A stretch of DNA of 63,942 nt, filler included. It is 7 parts of 7 records of this genome, joined end to end, with 100 filler letters (N's around TTAATTAATTAA, not from the genome) between each part and the next. Parts side by side here need not be neighbours in the genome. Positions count along the whole stretch, not along the records: positions 22,355 to 28,870 come from SRR31147125_39856; positions 28,971 to 41,094 come from SRR31147125_39908; 5 more parts are not named here. One strand, written 5' to 3'. The notes beneath the pieces were generated by a model. The model searched no databases and was not told where the DNA came from. It saw only the letters and a program-made list of their open reading frames with translations. Within the stretch, counting starts at the first letter, position 1. Each line of letters opens with the position of its first letter. The position numbers and the translations under genes were made by a program. Below are positions 24,879-35,722 of the stretch, in pieces.

Positions 24879-27364
24879 ATGTCAAAGTATCTGATAATTG
24901 GAGGTGTAGCAGGAGGAGCTACCGTAGCTGCACGGTTACGCAGACTCGATGAACATGCCGAAATTGTAATTTTTGAACGTGGCGCACACATTTCGTATGC
25001 AAATTGCGGCCTGCCATATTACATTGGCGGCGTAATTAAAGAGCGCGAAAAATTGCTTTTGCAAACGCCCGAAAGTTTTAAAGCGCGGTTGAATGTTGAT
25101 GTACGCGTTTACAACGAAGTGCTAAAAATTGACCGCGAAAACAAAGCGGTTGTTGTGCGCGATGTAAAAACAGGAGAGGAATACACCGAAAATTACGACA
25201 AATTGGTACTTTCTCCGGGCGCAGAACCGGTAAAACCTCCCATTTCAGGAATTAACGATTCTTCGATTTTTACACTCCGAAATGTAAAAGATACTGACAA
25301 GGTTAAAAATTACTGTATCGAAAATAATCCGCACCGCGCAGTTGTGGTGGGTGCCGGTTTTATAGGTTTAGAAATGGCCGAAAACCTGCATCATTTGGGT
25401 ATGGATGTTTCTATTGTTGAAATGGCCGACCAGGTGATGGCGCCGCTTGATTACGAAATGGCAGCCGAAGTTCACCAGCATCTTAAAACAAAAAATGTTG
25501 AGTTTTTTCTAAAAGATGGAGTTTCAACATTTTCGCGCGATAATGGCGTGTTAAAAGTTACTTTGCAGTCGGGGCGCCAGATTGAAACTGACCTTGTGAT
25601 TTTATCGATTGGTGTGCGCCCTGAAAATAAGCTGGCGCAGGAAGCTGGTTTGGAACTGGCGCCCAACGGTGGAATTATTGCCAATGAATACTTGCTAAGC
25701 AACGACGAAAATATTTATGTGCTGGGCGATGCAATGGCTTTCCCGCATCCAATTACCGGTAAACTTGCAAATATTTATCTTGCCGGCCCGGCCAATAAAC
25801 AAGGGCGTATTGTTGCCGATAATATTGCCGGCGGAAACACGCGTAAATATAAAGGAGCCATTGCAACGGCCATTGCCAAGGTTTTCGATATAACAGTAGC
25901 TTCAACCGGAATTCCTGAGAAAACACTGAAAAATGAAATGATGCCCTACAAGGCAAATATTATTCATGGTTCGTCGCATGCCGGTTATTATCCCGATGCA
26001 TTGCCTTATACCCTGAAAATTCTTTTTCACCCGGAAACCGGGAAGTTATACGGAGCTCAAATGATTGGTTACGAAGGTGTGGATAAACGTATCGATCTAA
26101 TTGCAACTGTGCTAAAACAAGGCGGCGACATTTACGATTTGCAGGATATTGAACACGCTTATGCACCGCCGTTCTCGTCGGCGAAAGATCCGGTTAATCA
26201 GGCTGGTTTTGCTGCCGAAAATATTCTTACAGGAAAATTGAAAACGGTATGCTGGGACGACATTCATAAGTTCCATTCCGATAATATTGTTTTGCTCGAT
26301 GTGCGTACCAAAGAAGAGCACGATTTGGGACACATCGAAGGTTCAATGAATATTCCGGTTGATGATATACGTGGAAGAATGAATGAGCTTCAGAAAGATA
26401 AAAAGCTTATTGTGTATTGTGGTGTTGCATTGCGCGGATATATTGCCTGCCGGATTTTAACGCAGTCGGGATTCGATGAGGTTTACAACTTAAGCGGTGG
26501 TTATAAAACATACGAACATACTACAAGCAAGCAAAGTAACGAAGATATTTTCGAAGCAAATTACATTACCAAAAACGATCATATTTATCGGGGGAAAGCA
26601 ACGCAAAAATCTGTTTCTGAAAATGGACAGCCTGTTAAAACCATTCAGGTTGATGCTTGTGGATTGCAATGTCCGGGGCCAATTTTAAAACTGAAACAGG
26701 AAATTGAAGGCATTGAAGTAGGCGAGCGTTTGGAAGAAATTTCAACCGACATGGGCTTTATGAAAGATGTAAAGTCGTGGTGTAATATGACGGGCAACAA
26801 ACTTATTTCTGTTTCTTCGGAAAAAGGAAAAGTGAAGGCGTTGGTTGAAAAAGGCGCAAAACCGGAAACTACTTCGCAAAATGTTGTTTCTTCTGCAAAA
26901 AACAAAACAATGGTGGTTTTTAGCGACGACATGGACCGCGCTTTAGCTTCGCTGGTAATTGCCAACGGAGCTGCGGCAACCGGAAGTAAGGTTACCCTGT
27001 TTTTCACTTTTTGGGGACTGAATGTAATTAAGAAAAGCGACAAACCAAAAGTTGACAAGGATTTGATGGGCAAAATGTTTGGCTCCATGATGGCCAAAGA
27101 TGCCGGCGACCTGAAACTTTCGAAAATGAATATGATGGGAATGGGCTCGAAAATGATGAAAAAGCGCATGTTGGCAAAAAAGTAGATTCGCTGGAAGACA
27201 TGCTGCAAACAGCCATGGACAACGGCGTTGAAATGATTGCCTGCCAAATGTCGATGGATGTGATGGGTGTTGCCGCAGAAGAGTTAATAGAAGGCGTTGA
27301 AATTGGTGGCGTTGCTACGTATTTGGAAGAGGCGGAGCAATCGAATGTAAACTTGTTTATTTAG
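24879..27364 (+). CDS. CoA-disulfide reductase - rhodanese - TusA - DsrE multidomain persulfide reductase; apparent frameshift in the A-run at ~27176-27181
   Basis: GGVAGG, SYANCGLPY, YAPPFSSAKDP (CoADR); LDVRT, VYCGVALRG (rhodanese); DACGLQCPGP (TusA); FFTFWGL and, after the shift, IACQMSMDVMG...NVNLFI* (DsrE). Confidence 0.92.
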
Positions 27365-27488
27365 TCTTTGCAAGAAAACGCCAGATACTGCGTTACTCTC
27401 GTTTTTGAAACAGTCATTTACTTCACGTAAACTCCTTGATTTCAAAAACATCGAAAGCCTTGTCTTTGACTTTTTCTTATCAAAGACT
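27363..27488. mobile_element. MITE-like element (~126 bp) with terminal inverted repeats
   Basis: AGTCTTTG(C)AAGAAAA ... TTTTCTT(AT)CAAAGACT ends; internal inverted TTTTTGAAA/TTTCAAAAA; non-coding. Confidence 0.55.
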
Positions 27489-27544
27489 TTAGAGAATAGA
27501 TTCGGATGAAGCGGATTTAGCTGATTTTCGCGGATGATATAATT

Positions 27545-27580
27545 GAGGGCTTTGCTTTTTGGGCGAGGCTCTCTTTTTTT
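27545..27580 (+). terminator. Probable intrinsic terminator
   Basis: GAGGGCTTTGC...GCGAGGCTCTC followed by T7. Confidence 0.55.
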
Positions 27581-27581
27581 C

Positions 27582-27656
27582 TGTCATTTCGACGAGTGTG
27601 CGAGGAGAAATCTGCAACAAAGAAGAAGCAGATCTCTCTTGTTGTTCGAGATGACA
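27582..27656. repeat. REP-like composite palindrome (TGTCATTTCGA...TCGAGATGACA family)
   Basis: Terminal inverted repeats plus inner GAGAAATCTGC/GCAGATCTCTC; same family as 34004-34124. Confidence 0.7.
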
Positions 27657-27720
27657 TTTAAGTGCTACTTCAGAAAAATAGTGCGTGTAGCTTAATTTTG
27701 TTATTTGTCTGGATTAGAAG

Positions 27721-28870
27721 CTAATTCACCTCCACTTCGCTAAACATATACGAATTGTCGCTAATCCTCAATTCCATGCCACTTGCAGTGGTTACATTCT
27801 TTAAAATAACCTCTTTTGTTACAACGTACGGAAACTGTTCCACATAAGAATTATCGACCATTTCTGAATTGAAATTGGCAAAAATGGCAGGTCCTTGGTA
27901 GTCATCCGGATGATTGGAATCGTCGATATGAAGGTTTTCTATGGTGATTCGCTCAGGCATGTAACAGGTGTAGCCAAAGTTGTGCTGCCCTGAATATGAG
28001 CCACTAATTAGGTTAACTTTTGTTGGATTACCGTTGGAAGGTACAAAAACACAATCGCGAATAATAAATTCACCCTGTAAGGTACTTCCGTAATCAGAAC
28101 GCAGATTTATTAAACGGCTACCTCGAATGATGCTGTTCTCTACTGTAAAAATTCCACTTCCAATGGCATTAATTCCCATGTGACCAAGTGTACAATTTCG
28201 TACTGTGGCATTGGCAACACCTTTATGTGCATCGAAGCGCGAAAAGGTACAATTATCTAAAACAAGGTTCTTGCAATAATTCGAGCCCATTAGTCCCCAG
28301 TAAGTTCGGTCGTTAATATCATTTGTTTGGCTGCAGTTTATAAACGATACATTCAAAGAGCTACCCAAAGAAATATCGTAGCTTCCCATTGATACCGGTT
28401 TCCCGGCAGAACCAATAGTTCGGTATGTTTTGTGCCCGGTAAGGATGGTGTTTTTAACTGTAACATAAGCACAATCGCGTGTATTTATAAAACCTCCGTA
28501 CGGAGCACCATTATCGCCTTCGCCGGTAACGCGGTGTTCCAATCCGTCAATTACTACATTCGAACGCCTGACTGCAATATTACGGCTATAATAGGTGTAC
28601 TTAGATTCTGCTTTATTGGCAATTGTAGAAAAATGTCCTCCGGTAATGGTAAGTGTTGTTTCATCAATCGGTAAAGCAGAAATATCAGTAATCTGATCGA
28701 AATCCCAAATAATTGGTGCATTCATATCCACATTGCCATCTTTATCAACCACAAAAATATCGGTCTGATCGGAGCCATTATTTTGGTTCAGTCCATACCT
28801 GATATAATGTTTAACATTCGAATTTGTGGCAGTTATTAAACACGGACCGGGCAGGGATGCATTAATTTTT
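27721..28870 (-). CDS. Hypothetical protein, probable right-handed beta-helix (pectin-lyase-like) fold, 5' truncated
   Basis: Open frame to the contig edge; repeated VTVKNT/VSFINC/LVLDNC/ATVRNC strands; FSRFDAH. Confidence 0.6.
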
Positions 28871-28970
28871 NNNNNNNNNNNNNNNNNNNNNNNNNNNNNN
28901 NNNNNNNNNNNNNNTTAATTAATTAANNNNNNNNNNNNNNNNNNNNNNNNNNNNNNNNNNNNNNNNNNNN
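28871..28970. other. Artificial contig spacer
   Basis: N44-TTAATTAATTAA-N44. Confidence 0.99.
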
Positions 28971-29519
28971 TTTGTTCCGCGGAAACCACCATCGGACGTG
29001 ATAACCACTTTTGCTTCGGCATCGTTAACACGGTCGGCAAGAGCAGTGGCCGAAAATCCTGCAAAAACTATCGAGTGGATAGCTCCAATTCGTGCACAAG
29101 CCAACATGGCAATTGCCAGCTCGGGTACCATAGGAAGGTACAAAGCCACGCGGTCGCCCTTTTCAACTCCCAGCTTTTTCAAACCATTGGCAAACTGTTT
29201 TACCTTTTCGAAAAGCTCGCCGTAGGTAAGTCTTATTTCCTTTTCTTTCGGATCGTTAGGTTCCCAAATAATGGCAACCTGGTCTTTGCGCGTAAAAAGG
29301 TTACGTTCAAAGATATTCTCGGTAATATTGAGTTTCCCGTTTACAAACCAGTTGACATTTGGAGCACCTTCTCCTTCAAATTTGTAATCGAGAACTTGAT
29401 CCCATTTTTTTTGCCAGTAGTGACTTTCGGCAATTTTTCCCCAAAATAAATCAGGATCGGCAACACTTTACATGGTACTTCTGAAAGTATTCAGCCATGC
29501 TTGTAATTTTGTTTATCAT
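28971..29519 (-). CDS. acs: Acetyl-CoA synthetase, N-terminal part; apparent frameshift ~29469; 3' truncated
   Basis: [68 protein letters not shown]. Confidence 0.93.
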
Positions 29520-30168
29520 ATCAATAAGTTTTAGGTAAAAAAAGATTAGTTATAAGAATGTAGCAGAGTATATTTCCTTTTGAAATACGTTCGGGAGCTT
29601 TACAAAAAAAACTCCGTTAGAGCGCATTTTAGCCGTTGAGAAAGTATTGAATTTGTACACGGTTATTATTGCTTCGGATGAATTGTCGAAGGAAAGGGAA
29701 AATCGATATGGTAATATTGTATGAATCAAGTTGAAAATTTAAAAAACAACTCTGCAATCACAACTTTACAATCAGGAGTTGAAAATACAACAAAAAGGTT
29801 TCTTCTGAAAACAATATTATATATTGTAAAACACCACTTTCGTTTCTGTAAAACATATAGTTAATGTTGAAAGATTTGGTGTTTTTGACTATATTTAATA
29901 GCCCGACTTTGCTATAATTTATCAGCACAATTTTAACAAGGAAAATAATTTTTATACTTATTTTAGATTTGAGGTCAACAGGCAAGATATGGCAATATCG
30001 AAGTTTGTTATGGTTTTTAGTTATAAAGTTTGTTTACTGAAATAGCTTTTCCTTTCGTTTTATAATAATGAAATTTTAGTGAATGGTTTATAACATAAAA
30101 GAAGCTGAGAAAAGTTATTAATTTGGGAATATGATTAGTATTATTTTCGAATAAAAAATCAATAAGAC

Positions 30169-31071
30169 ATGGAAATCAAGAATTTTAGCGATTTATTGGA
30201 AGCTGTGAAGAAGCAACCTGCCCGGCGTGTGGTGGCTGTAAACGGTGTTGATGAAAATACACTTGAAGCAATGAACGAGGCTGTGGAAATGGGATTTGTA
30301 AAACCTATTATTACTGGCGATAAAAACATTATTGAGGAATCGTGCAAAAAGTTGGGGCTTGATGTATCACAGTACGAAATATATCATGCCGAATCGGCTA
30401 AAGAAGCTACCGAAAAAGCCGTTGAACTGGTGCACGAAGGTAAAGCCGACCTTTTAATGAAAGGAATGGTGCCAACCGATAAATTTATGCGTGCATTATT
30501 GAAAAAAGAAAATAGTCTGGTTCCGTCTAAAGGAACGCTTTTTCATATTGCAATGCTTACAAACCCGAATTACCATAAACCATTATTATTTAGCGATGCC
30601 GCGGTGTTACCATATCCCGATTTGAAGCAAAAGCTTTTAATGACCGACTATTTGATTTGTGCAGCAAAACGAATGGGAATTGATAAACCCAAAGTGGCAG
30701 TAATTGCGCCAACCGAACAGATTATAATTTCCATTCAGTCGTGTATGGATGGAGCTACCATGGCAAAAATGTCGGAGCACGGCCAAATTGAAGGAGGTAT
30801 TGTTGACGGGCCAATGGCACTGGATGTAGCCATTAGCAGAAAATCGGCCGAAATTAAGGGATATACTTCAACAGTAACCGGCGATGCCGACTGCCTTTTG
30901 TTTCCAAATATTGATGCTGCCAACGTATTTTATAAAACCAACTCGAAACTGGCCAACGCCGAAATGTCGGGGATTATTGCAGGGGCAAAAGTTCCTGTGG
31001 TGGTATCATCGCGCGGAGATAGTCGTAAAACCAAACTAAATTCAGTAGCTCTTGCTTCGTTAATTAGTTAG
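30169..31071 (+). CDS. ptb: Phosphate butyryltransferase
   Basis: ADLLMKG, SDAAV, VDGPMALDVAIS, GDADCLLFPNIDAANVFYK, VVSSRGDS; next to buk. Confidence 0.9.
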   Translation: MEIKNFSDLLEAVKKQPARRVVAVNGVDENTLEAMNEAVEMGFVKPIITGDKNIIEESCKKLGLDVSQYEIYHAESAKEATEKAVELVHEGKADLLMKGMVPTDKFMRALLKKENSLVPSKGTLFHIAMLTNPNYHKPLLFSDAAVLPYPDLKQKLLMTDYLICAAKRMGIDKPKVAVIAPTEQIIISIQSCMDGATMAKMSEHGQIEGGIVDGPMALDVAISRKSAEIKGYTSTVTGDADCLLFPNIDAANVFYKTNSKLANAEMSGIIAGAKVPVVVSSRGDSRKTKLNSVALASLIS

Positions 31072-31098
31072 TGTCAACTCAAATTTTAACTTTCGGTA

Positions 31099-31160
31099 CG
31101 TCATACCGAATTTATTTCGGAATCTTAAATATAAGATGCTGAAACAAGTTCAGCATGACG
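31099..31160. repeat. REP-like double palindrome
   Basis: CGTCATACCGAATTTATTTCGGAATCT and its imperfect inverted copy AGATGCTGAAACAAGTTCAGCATGACG, between ptb and buk. Confidence 0.7.
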
Positions 31161-31287
31161 TGGAATAGTAACAGGAGTGAATTAAAATCAGGCTCTGTTT
31201 CGCACGAATTAGGTAATAATATTAGCATAAAATAAATTTGGATTCGGGACTACGCGCTTCCATATCCAATTTCTTACTCAAAAAAGT

Positions 31288-32370
31288 ATGATTCGAATTT
31301 TAGCGATTAATCCCGGATCGACCTCCACAAAATTTGCCGTTTATAACGAAAGCGAATGTGTGTTGAAAAAGACAATCCGCCACTCGCTCGAACAGTTAAT
31401 GCGTTATAAAAATGTAGCCGACCAGTTCGATTTCAGAAAAGGATTAATTATTGAAGCCTTGGTTGAAGAAGGGATTGATGTAGATTCAATAAAATATATA
31501 ATTGGCAGGGGAGGACTAACCTATCCGCTGGAATCGGGTGTTTACAGGATTAATAACCTAATGCTTGAACACTTGCATAAAGGAGTGTTTGGACATCATG
31601 CCAGTAACCTGGGACCAATGCTTGCCGATTATATTGCATTGCAAATTCCCAATGCCCTGGCTTTTATTGCCGACCCGGTTGTAACCGACGAATTGGAAGA
31701 GGTAGCGCGTTACACCGGTCACCCCCGCTTTGTGCATCGCTCTGTCTTTCATGCCTTAAACCAAAAAGCAACAGCACGCTTGCATGCTAAAAAATTGGGA
31801 AGAAATTATGAAGATTTAAACCTTATTATTACTCATCTTGGTGGAGGAATTTCGGTTGGAGCACATAAAAACGGGCGGGTAATCGATGTGAATAATGCCT
31901 TGGATGGAAACGGGCCATTTAGTCCCGAACGTACCGGAACGCTGCCAATTGGACAGGTAATCGATATTTGTTTCAGTGGCCGGTTTTCGAAAGAGCAAAT
32001 AAAACAGATGGTTGTTGGCGAAGGAGGTTTTGTAGCTTACCTGGGCACCAACGATGCTTTGGAAGTAGAAAACAGGGCAAAAAGTGGCGACGAAAAAGCA
32101 CAAGCTGTGCAGGAAGCATTATTTCATAAGGTTGCAAAAATGATTGGTGAAATGGCAGTTGTTCTGGAAGGAAAAGTAGATGGAATTTTACTTACCGGCG
32201 GCCTGGCCTACAATAAAGAGCTTGAAACGTATATCAGGCGAAAAGCAGGATTTATTTCTGAAATATTTGTATACCCTGGCGAAGACGAATTGGAAGCCTT
32301 GGCAATGAATGCTTTGCGGGTTGCAAAAGGCGAGACTGTTGCAATGGAGTATGAAAAGGTTGGGGATTAA
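31288..32370 (+). CDS. buk: Butyrate kinase
   Basis: ILAINPGSTSTK, GRGG, HASNLG, HALNQKA, HLGGGISVGAH, GPFSPERTG, YPGEDELEALA. Confidence 0.96.
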   Translation: MIRILAINPGSTSTKFAVYNESECVLKKTIRHSLEQLMRYKNVADQFDFRKGLIIEALVEEGIDVDSIKYIIGRGGLTYPLESGVYRINNLMLEHLHKGVFGHHASNLGPMLADYIALQIPNALAFIADPVVTDELEEVARYTGHPRFVHRSVFHALNQKATARLHAKKLGRNYEDLNLIITHLGGGISVGAHKNGRVIDVNNALDGNGPFSPERTGTLPIGQVIDICFSGRFSKEQIKQMVVGEGGFVAYLGTNDALEVENRAKSGDEKAQAVQEALFHKVAKMIGEMAVVLEGKVDGILLTGGLAYNKELETYIRRKAGFISEIFVYPGEDELEALAMNALRVAKGETVAMEYEKVGD

Positions 32371-32384
32371 TTATTAATGGGATT

Positions 32385-32419
32385 TACCTCTGACAGGGTT
32401 CAAAACCCTGTCAGAGGTA
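32385..32419. repeat. Perfect 16-bp inverted repeat (REP-like or bidirectional terminator)
   Basis: TACCTCTGACAGGGTT-CAA-AACCCTGTCAGAGGTA between convergent genes. Confidence 0.75.
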
Positions 32420-32441
32420 GAAACGTTCAAATGTCTAATCT

Positions 32442-33887
32442 CTAAAAATTATTCTTCAAAAATTCATATGCATTTGTATACATAAAGCGCTCAACAATTT
32501 CATCGGAGCTAAGTTTATTTTCTGCGTTTAAAACTTTTGCCTTGTCCGATTTAAGGAAATTGTAGGCATGTTTTTCTAAATAGCTGTCGAATAATGGCAT
32601 GTCTTCGGCAGTCCAAAATCCGTTTAGTGAGTTTACAATTCCATCGTAATCAGAACCAATACACTGAATATTCCAGGCCGGCATATTCCTTAAATTCAGA
32701 AGAAGAGCAATATGTTCAATCTGGTTCCAAACCAATTTCGATTGTTTAAACAGCATTTTACGTCGGCGTATCGACCAGCGTGCATCTCTAATCTCTTCAC
32801 CGCTTCCCAAACGGCGTTCGTCGAATTGTATTCCGAATAAACCTTTCGATTTTGCAATGCGAACCAGTTCATCATCGTAAAAGTTAATCTCCAATTGCTG
32901 AAAATCAGAATCGCCTTGCTCACGCGTTTCTTCGTGGCGCGGTAAGGCAGCCCAGTCGTTAACCGCTCCGTGACTAACAATTAATGGTATAGTGTCGTTG
33001 GCATAATCGGTATCAAGAATCTTGTACAATTCGTTTCGGGCTACAATACTCAGGTGTTTTAAATCGACCAAAACCCGGCGTCCATTTGAGTTATCGAGTA
33101 ATTTGTTTAGAACCTGTTTCCCCAAATCGGTAAAACCCTTTTGAAACATTCCGGTTTTTTGTTTGGCCAGTTTTGTAACAATGCCCTCCAGACTTGGAGC
33201 ATGCCCAATCATTTCATTATTAAAATGATGTGTTAAGCCAATAAAGCATAAGCGGTGCTCCCAGTTTTTTACAACGTCGATATTAGCAAGTACCTCTGCC
33301 GGATTTAGTTTTCTGTCCATTAGCTCATCTAAACCGGCATTAAAAACATGAGTGCCTTCAATTGTTAACACCACATAAATGGTTTGAATCTTCTCATCTT
33401 CCTCATTTTTAATTTCGTTAAAAGAAGAGATAATTTTGTACCTGAATTGCTGCCGGCCAACTTTATACACTTTTCCATCTAACTGCTTATAAAAGTTATA
33501 CTCCGTTTGCAGGTCGGTAAAGTAATCTTTCATTGCCTGTATGTGGTCTATACGTTTTTTTCCAATTTGTGTAACAAAATTCACTAAATAATCACGCACA
33601 AATCCTGTTTTGCCTTTCTTCATTACAAAACCTTTTTCAAGTCCGCAAAGCGAAACAAAAACAACCTTGGCTCCTCCTTTAGACAGTGCGGTAAAATCAG
33701 ATTGACGGAATTTTGTTAACGAGAGCAAAATATTAAAAGCTTTGTCGAGAATTGTGGGGGGATCTTCGTGCCAGATACTATTTTTTCTGCCTTTTTTAGG
33801 GTGGTTGTAACCCGGCTTGCTGTTAAAACTTTTTCCCAGCGGTTTCATTGCCGGGTGAACGTGTAAATCGATAAATTTTGTTTCCAT
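32442..33887 (-). CDS. Amidohydrolase-superfamily protein, membrane dipeptidase (M19)-like, no signal peptide
   Basis: FIDLHVHP, LTIEGTH, GLTHHFNN, VDLKHLS, IVSHGA, CIGSDYDG. Confidence 0.8.
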   Translation of the reverse strand: METKFIDLHVHPAMKPLGKSFNSKPGYNHPKKGRKNSIWHEDPPTILDKAFNILLSLTKFRQSDFTALSKGGAKVVFVSLCGLEKGFVMKKGKTGFVRDYLVNFVTQIGKKRIDHIQAMKDYFTDLQTEYNFYKQLDGKVYKVGRQQFRYKIISSFNEIKNEEDEKIQTIYVVLTIEGTHVFNAGLDELMDRKLNPAEVLANIDVVKNWEHRLCFIGLTHHFNNEMIGHAPSLEGIVTKLAKQKTGMFQKGFTDLGKQVLNKLLDNSNGRRVLVDLKHLSIVARNELYKILDTDYANDTIPLIVSHGAVNDWAALPRHEETREQGDSDFQQLEINFYDDELVRIAKSKGLFGIQFDERRLGSGEEIRDARWSIRRRKMLFKQSKLVWNQIEHIALLLNLRNMPAWNIQCIGSDYDGIVNSLNGFWTAEDMPLFDSYLEKHAYNFLKSDKAKVLNAENKLSSDEIVERFMYTNAYEFLKNNF

Positions 33888-34003
33888 AATTTGTGATTTT
33901 GTGGTTGTTATATCCGCACTATTTTCTATTTGTTAATAGAATACCATGTTGCTACTTCATCCATTACTTTTAGGAATAATGAGGATATGATAGAAAAATG
34001 GAA

Positions 34004-34124
34004 TTGTCATTTCGAAGGAGATACGACTGAGAATTGGAAATCAGCGGAGCTAAATCTTCTTCATTTGAAAGAGATTTCTCCTTCCCGACGAATCGGGACA
34101 AGCTATTCTTCGTCGAAATGACAA
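34004..34124. repeat. REP-like composite palindrome
   Basis: TTGTCATTTCGA...TCGAAATGACAA termini; internal AAATCT/AGATTT and TCCCGA-CGAA-TCGGGA hairpin. Confidence 0.7.
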
Positions 34125-34150
34125 AAAAAATCTTTTTGCATAGTGTTAAA

Positions 34151-35206
34151 TTATTTCAAAATAAAGTAGTTATCTCCTTTTTTCGAAGTTTTGCGTTTTT
34201 CTCGCAAATCGTCGTCATCAACTCCGGCAAGTACCAGTTTTATATCTTCAATTACTTTTTTTCGTTCTGTATATCCCCAATGGTCGAATGTACTTTCTCT
34301 AAAGGTACTGGCGCGGCCTGCGTTAGTGGTGTCAACAACAAAAGTATCGGCCGGTAACGAGCTTAATTTTTTAGGACCACGATAACCCAATCGTCGTTTC
34401 CAGTTTTTCGTGTATTCCGATAGCACACTTAATACTTCGTCGCTTCGGCTTATATAAATGTGAGTACGGCCGGCAAGTTGTTCCAGTTTCCTGTACGAGC
34501 CGTTTTTTTCGTAAATATCGTGCCGCACATCTGAATGAAGAAGAAGAACCTCTCCGAAAAGATTGAACAACCTGTGTTCAGGTATATTCTGAAGCATATA
34601 ATCAAGTACCGTATTTCCCATGGAATGTGCTGCCAAATGAATACGGTTTGAGCACCGGTCTTTTCCCTCGATTTCAAATAGTTCAATAAAGAAGTTAAAG
34701 AGTTTCGAGAACAATCCCCCCAAAATTCTGCCGGTTTCTTCTGCATCGGTTTGGTCGTTCCAATAAGTTAAAAACTTATGCCCGATAGAAGGCCAGGCAA
34801 CGTAAACAAGATGATCGATGCCCGAATCTTTGGGTTTTATGTACGTGTCGTGCAGTTTTTTCAGGTGTTCGAAATTGCTCTCAAGTTTATTTGCAAATCC
34901 ATGAATGAAAAACAAGCAATCGCTTTGTTGGTCTTTAACAGCCAGCATTTGCTTGTATAAATCTGCAAACATTTGTACTGTGCCCGGAAGTTTTGATACA
35001 TCGGTTTTTGGATTATCTCCAATTGTTTCCAATACCTTTTTATATCCATCTAAATTGTTGTCAGGAATAATCTGGTATTCAACATAAGGTGCCTTGTCGA
35101 TTATTTTACACGTGGCTACCCTGAAATCTCGTTTGGCCCTTTCCTTTCCTTTGTTACTAAATTGGCCGTTAGTAACTTTTCGGTTGCTTATAAGATAAAT
35201 GCTCAT
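34151..35206 (-). CDS. Alpha/beta hydrolase (DUF900-like)
   Basis: FFIHGFAN, VAWPS, nucleophile elbow AAHSMGN, SRSDEVL, DHWGY. Confidence 0.82.
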   Translation of the reverse strand: MSIYLISNRKVTNGQFSNKGKERAKRDFRVATCKIIDKAPYVEYQIIPDNNLDGYKKVLETIGDNPKTDVSKLPGTVQMFADLYKQMLAVKDQQSDCLFFIHGFANKLESNFEHLKKLHDTYIKPKDSGIDHLVYVAWPSIGHKFLTYWNDQTDAEETGRILGGLFSKLFNFFIELFEIEGKDRCSNRIHLAAHSMGNTVLDYMLQNIPEHRLFNLFGEVLLLHSDVRHDIYEKNGSYRKLEQLAGRTHIYISRSDEVLSVLSEYTKNWKRRLGYRGPKKLSSLPADTFVVDTTNAGRASTFRESTFDHWGYTERKKVIEDIKLVLAGVDDDDLREKRKTSKKGDNYFILK

Positions 35207-35646
35207 GAATTAATGGTTAAATGGTTGTGTTGTAAACACTTGTTAATGAAAGGTTTAACGAGGATTGTGGCTAAAAGTTACGTTTTTCTCCTATTTCTGA
35301 AATCGCGTTTCATTTTTATTTCAATTTTGGGTATTAAAATAAATCAGTAGCACAAAGTTTCCCCGCCTTACAAAAGGTAATAATGCGGGTTAAAGAGGTG
35401 GAGTGGTGTGAATAATAATGTTAAATATATTCTATCATTCAGAACGTAATGTAAGAGAGTAAAACTTTACCTAAGGGCAGTGGGGCAATCTTTGACAAAT
35501 TGCTGATATTCAATTTTGTTTTAATTATACTAAATAGAATGTATTGTTTTTAGTGTGATGAAAGCCAGTGAGTTATGGTTTGTTGTGTTTTGTACAATTT
35601 TGTCGACTGGTGTTACAAAACATATTCTATTAGTTTGAGTGGGTAA

Positions 35647-35722
35647 TATTTTTGCCATATATTGCAATCGATTGCAAGGCTGTTTCTACCTCGAATAAGA
35701 GAATAGTTGCAATCGATTGCAA
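35647..35722 (+). promoter_or_regulatory. susC promoter (-7 TATTTTTG) with two identical LacI-type operators
   Basis: TATTTTTG at 35647-35654; perfect palindrome TTGCAATCGATTGCAA at 35662-35677 and again at 35707-35722. Confidence 0.75.

Noticed and set aside
28971..32370. acs divergent from ptb-buk as a novel pathway
   Set aside because: Ordinary short-chain acyl-CoA metabolism in Bacteroidota.
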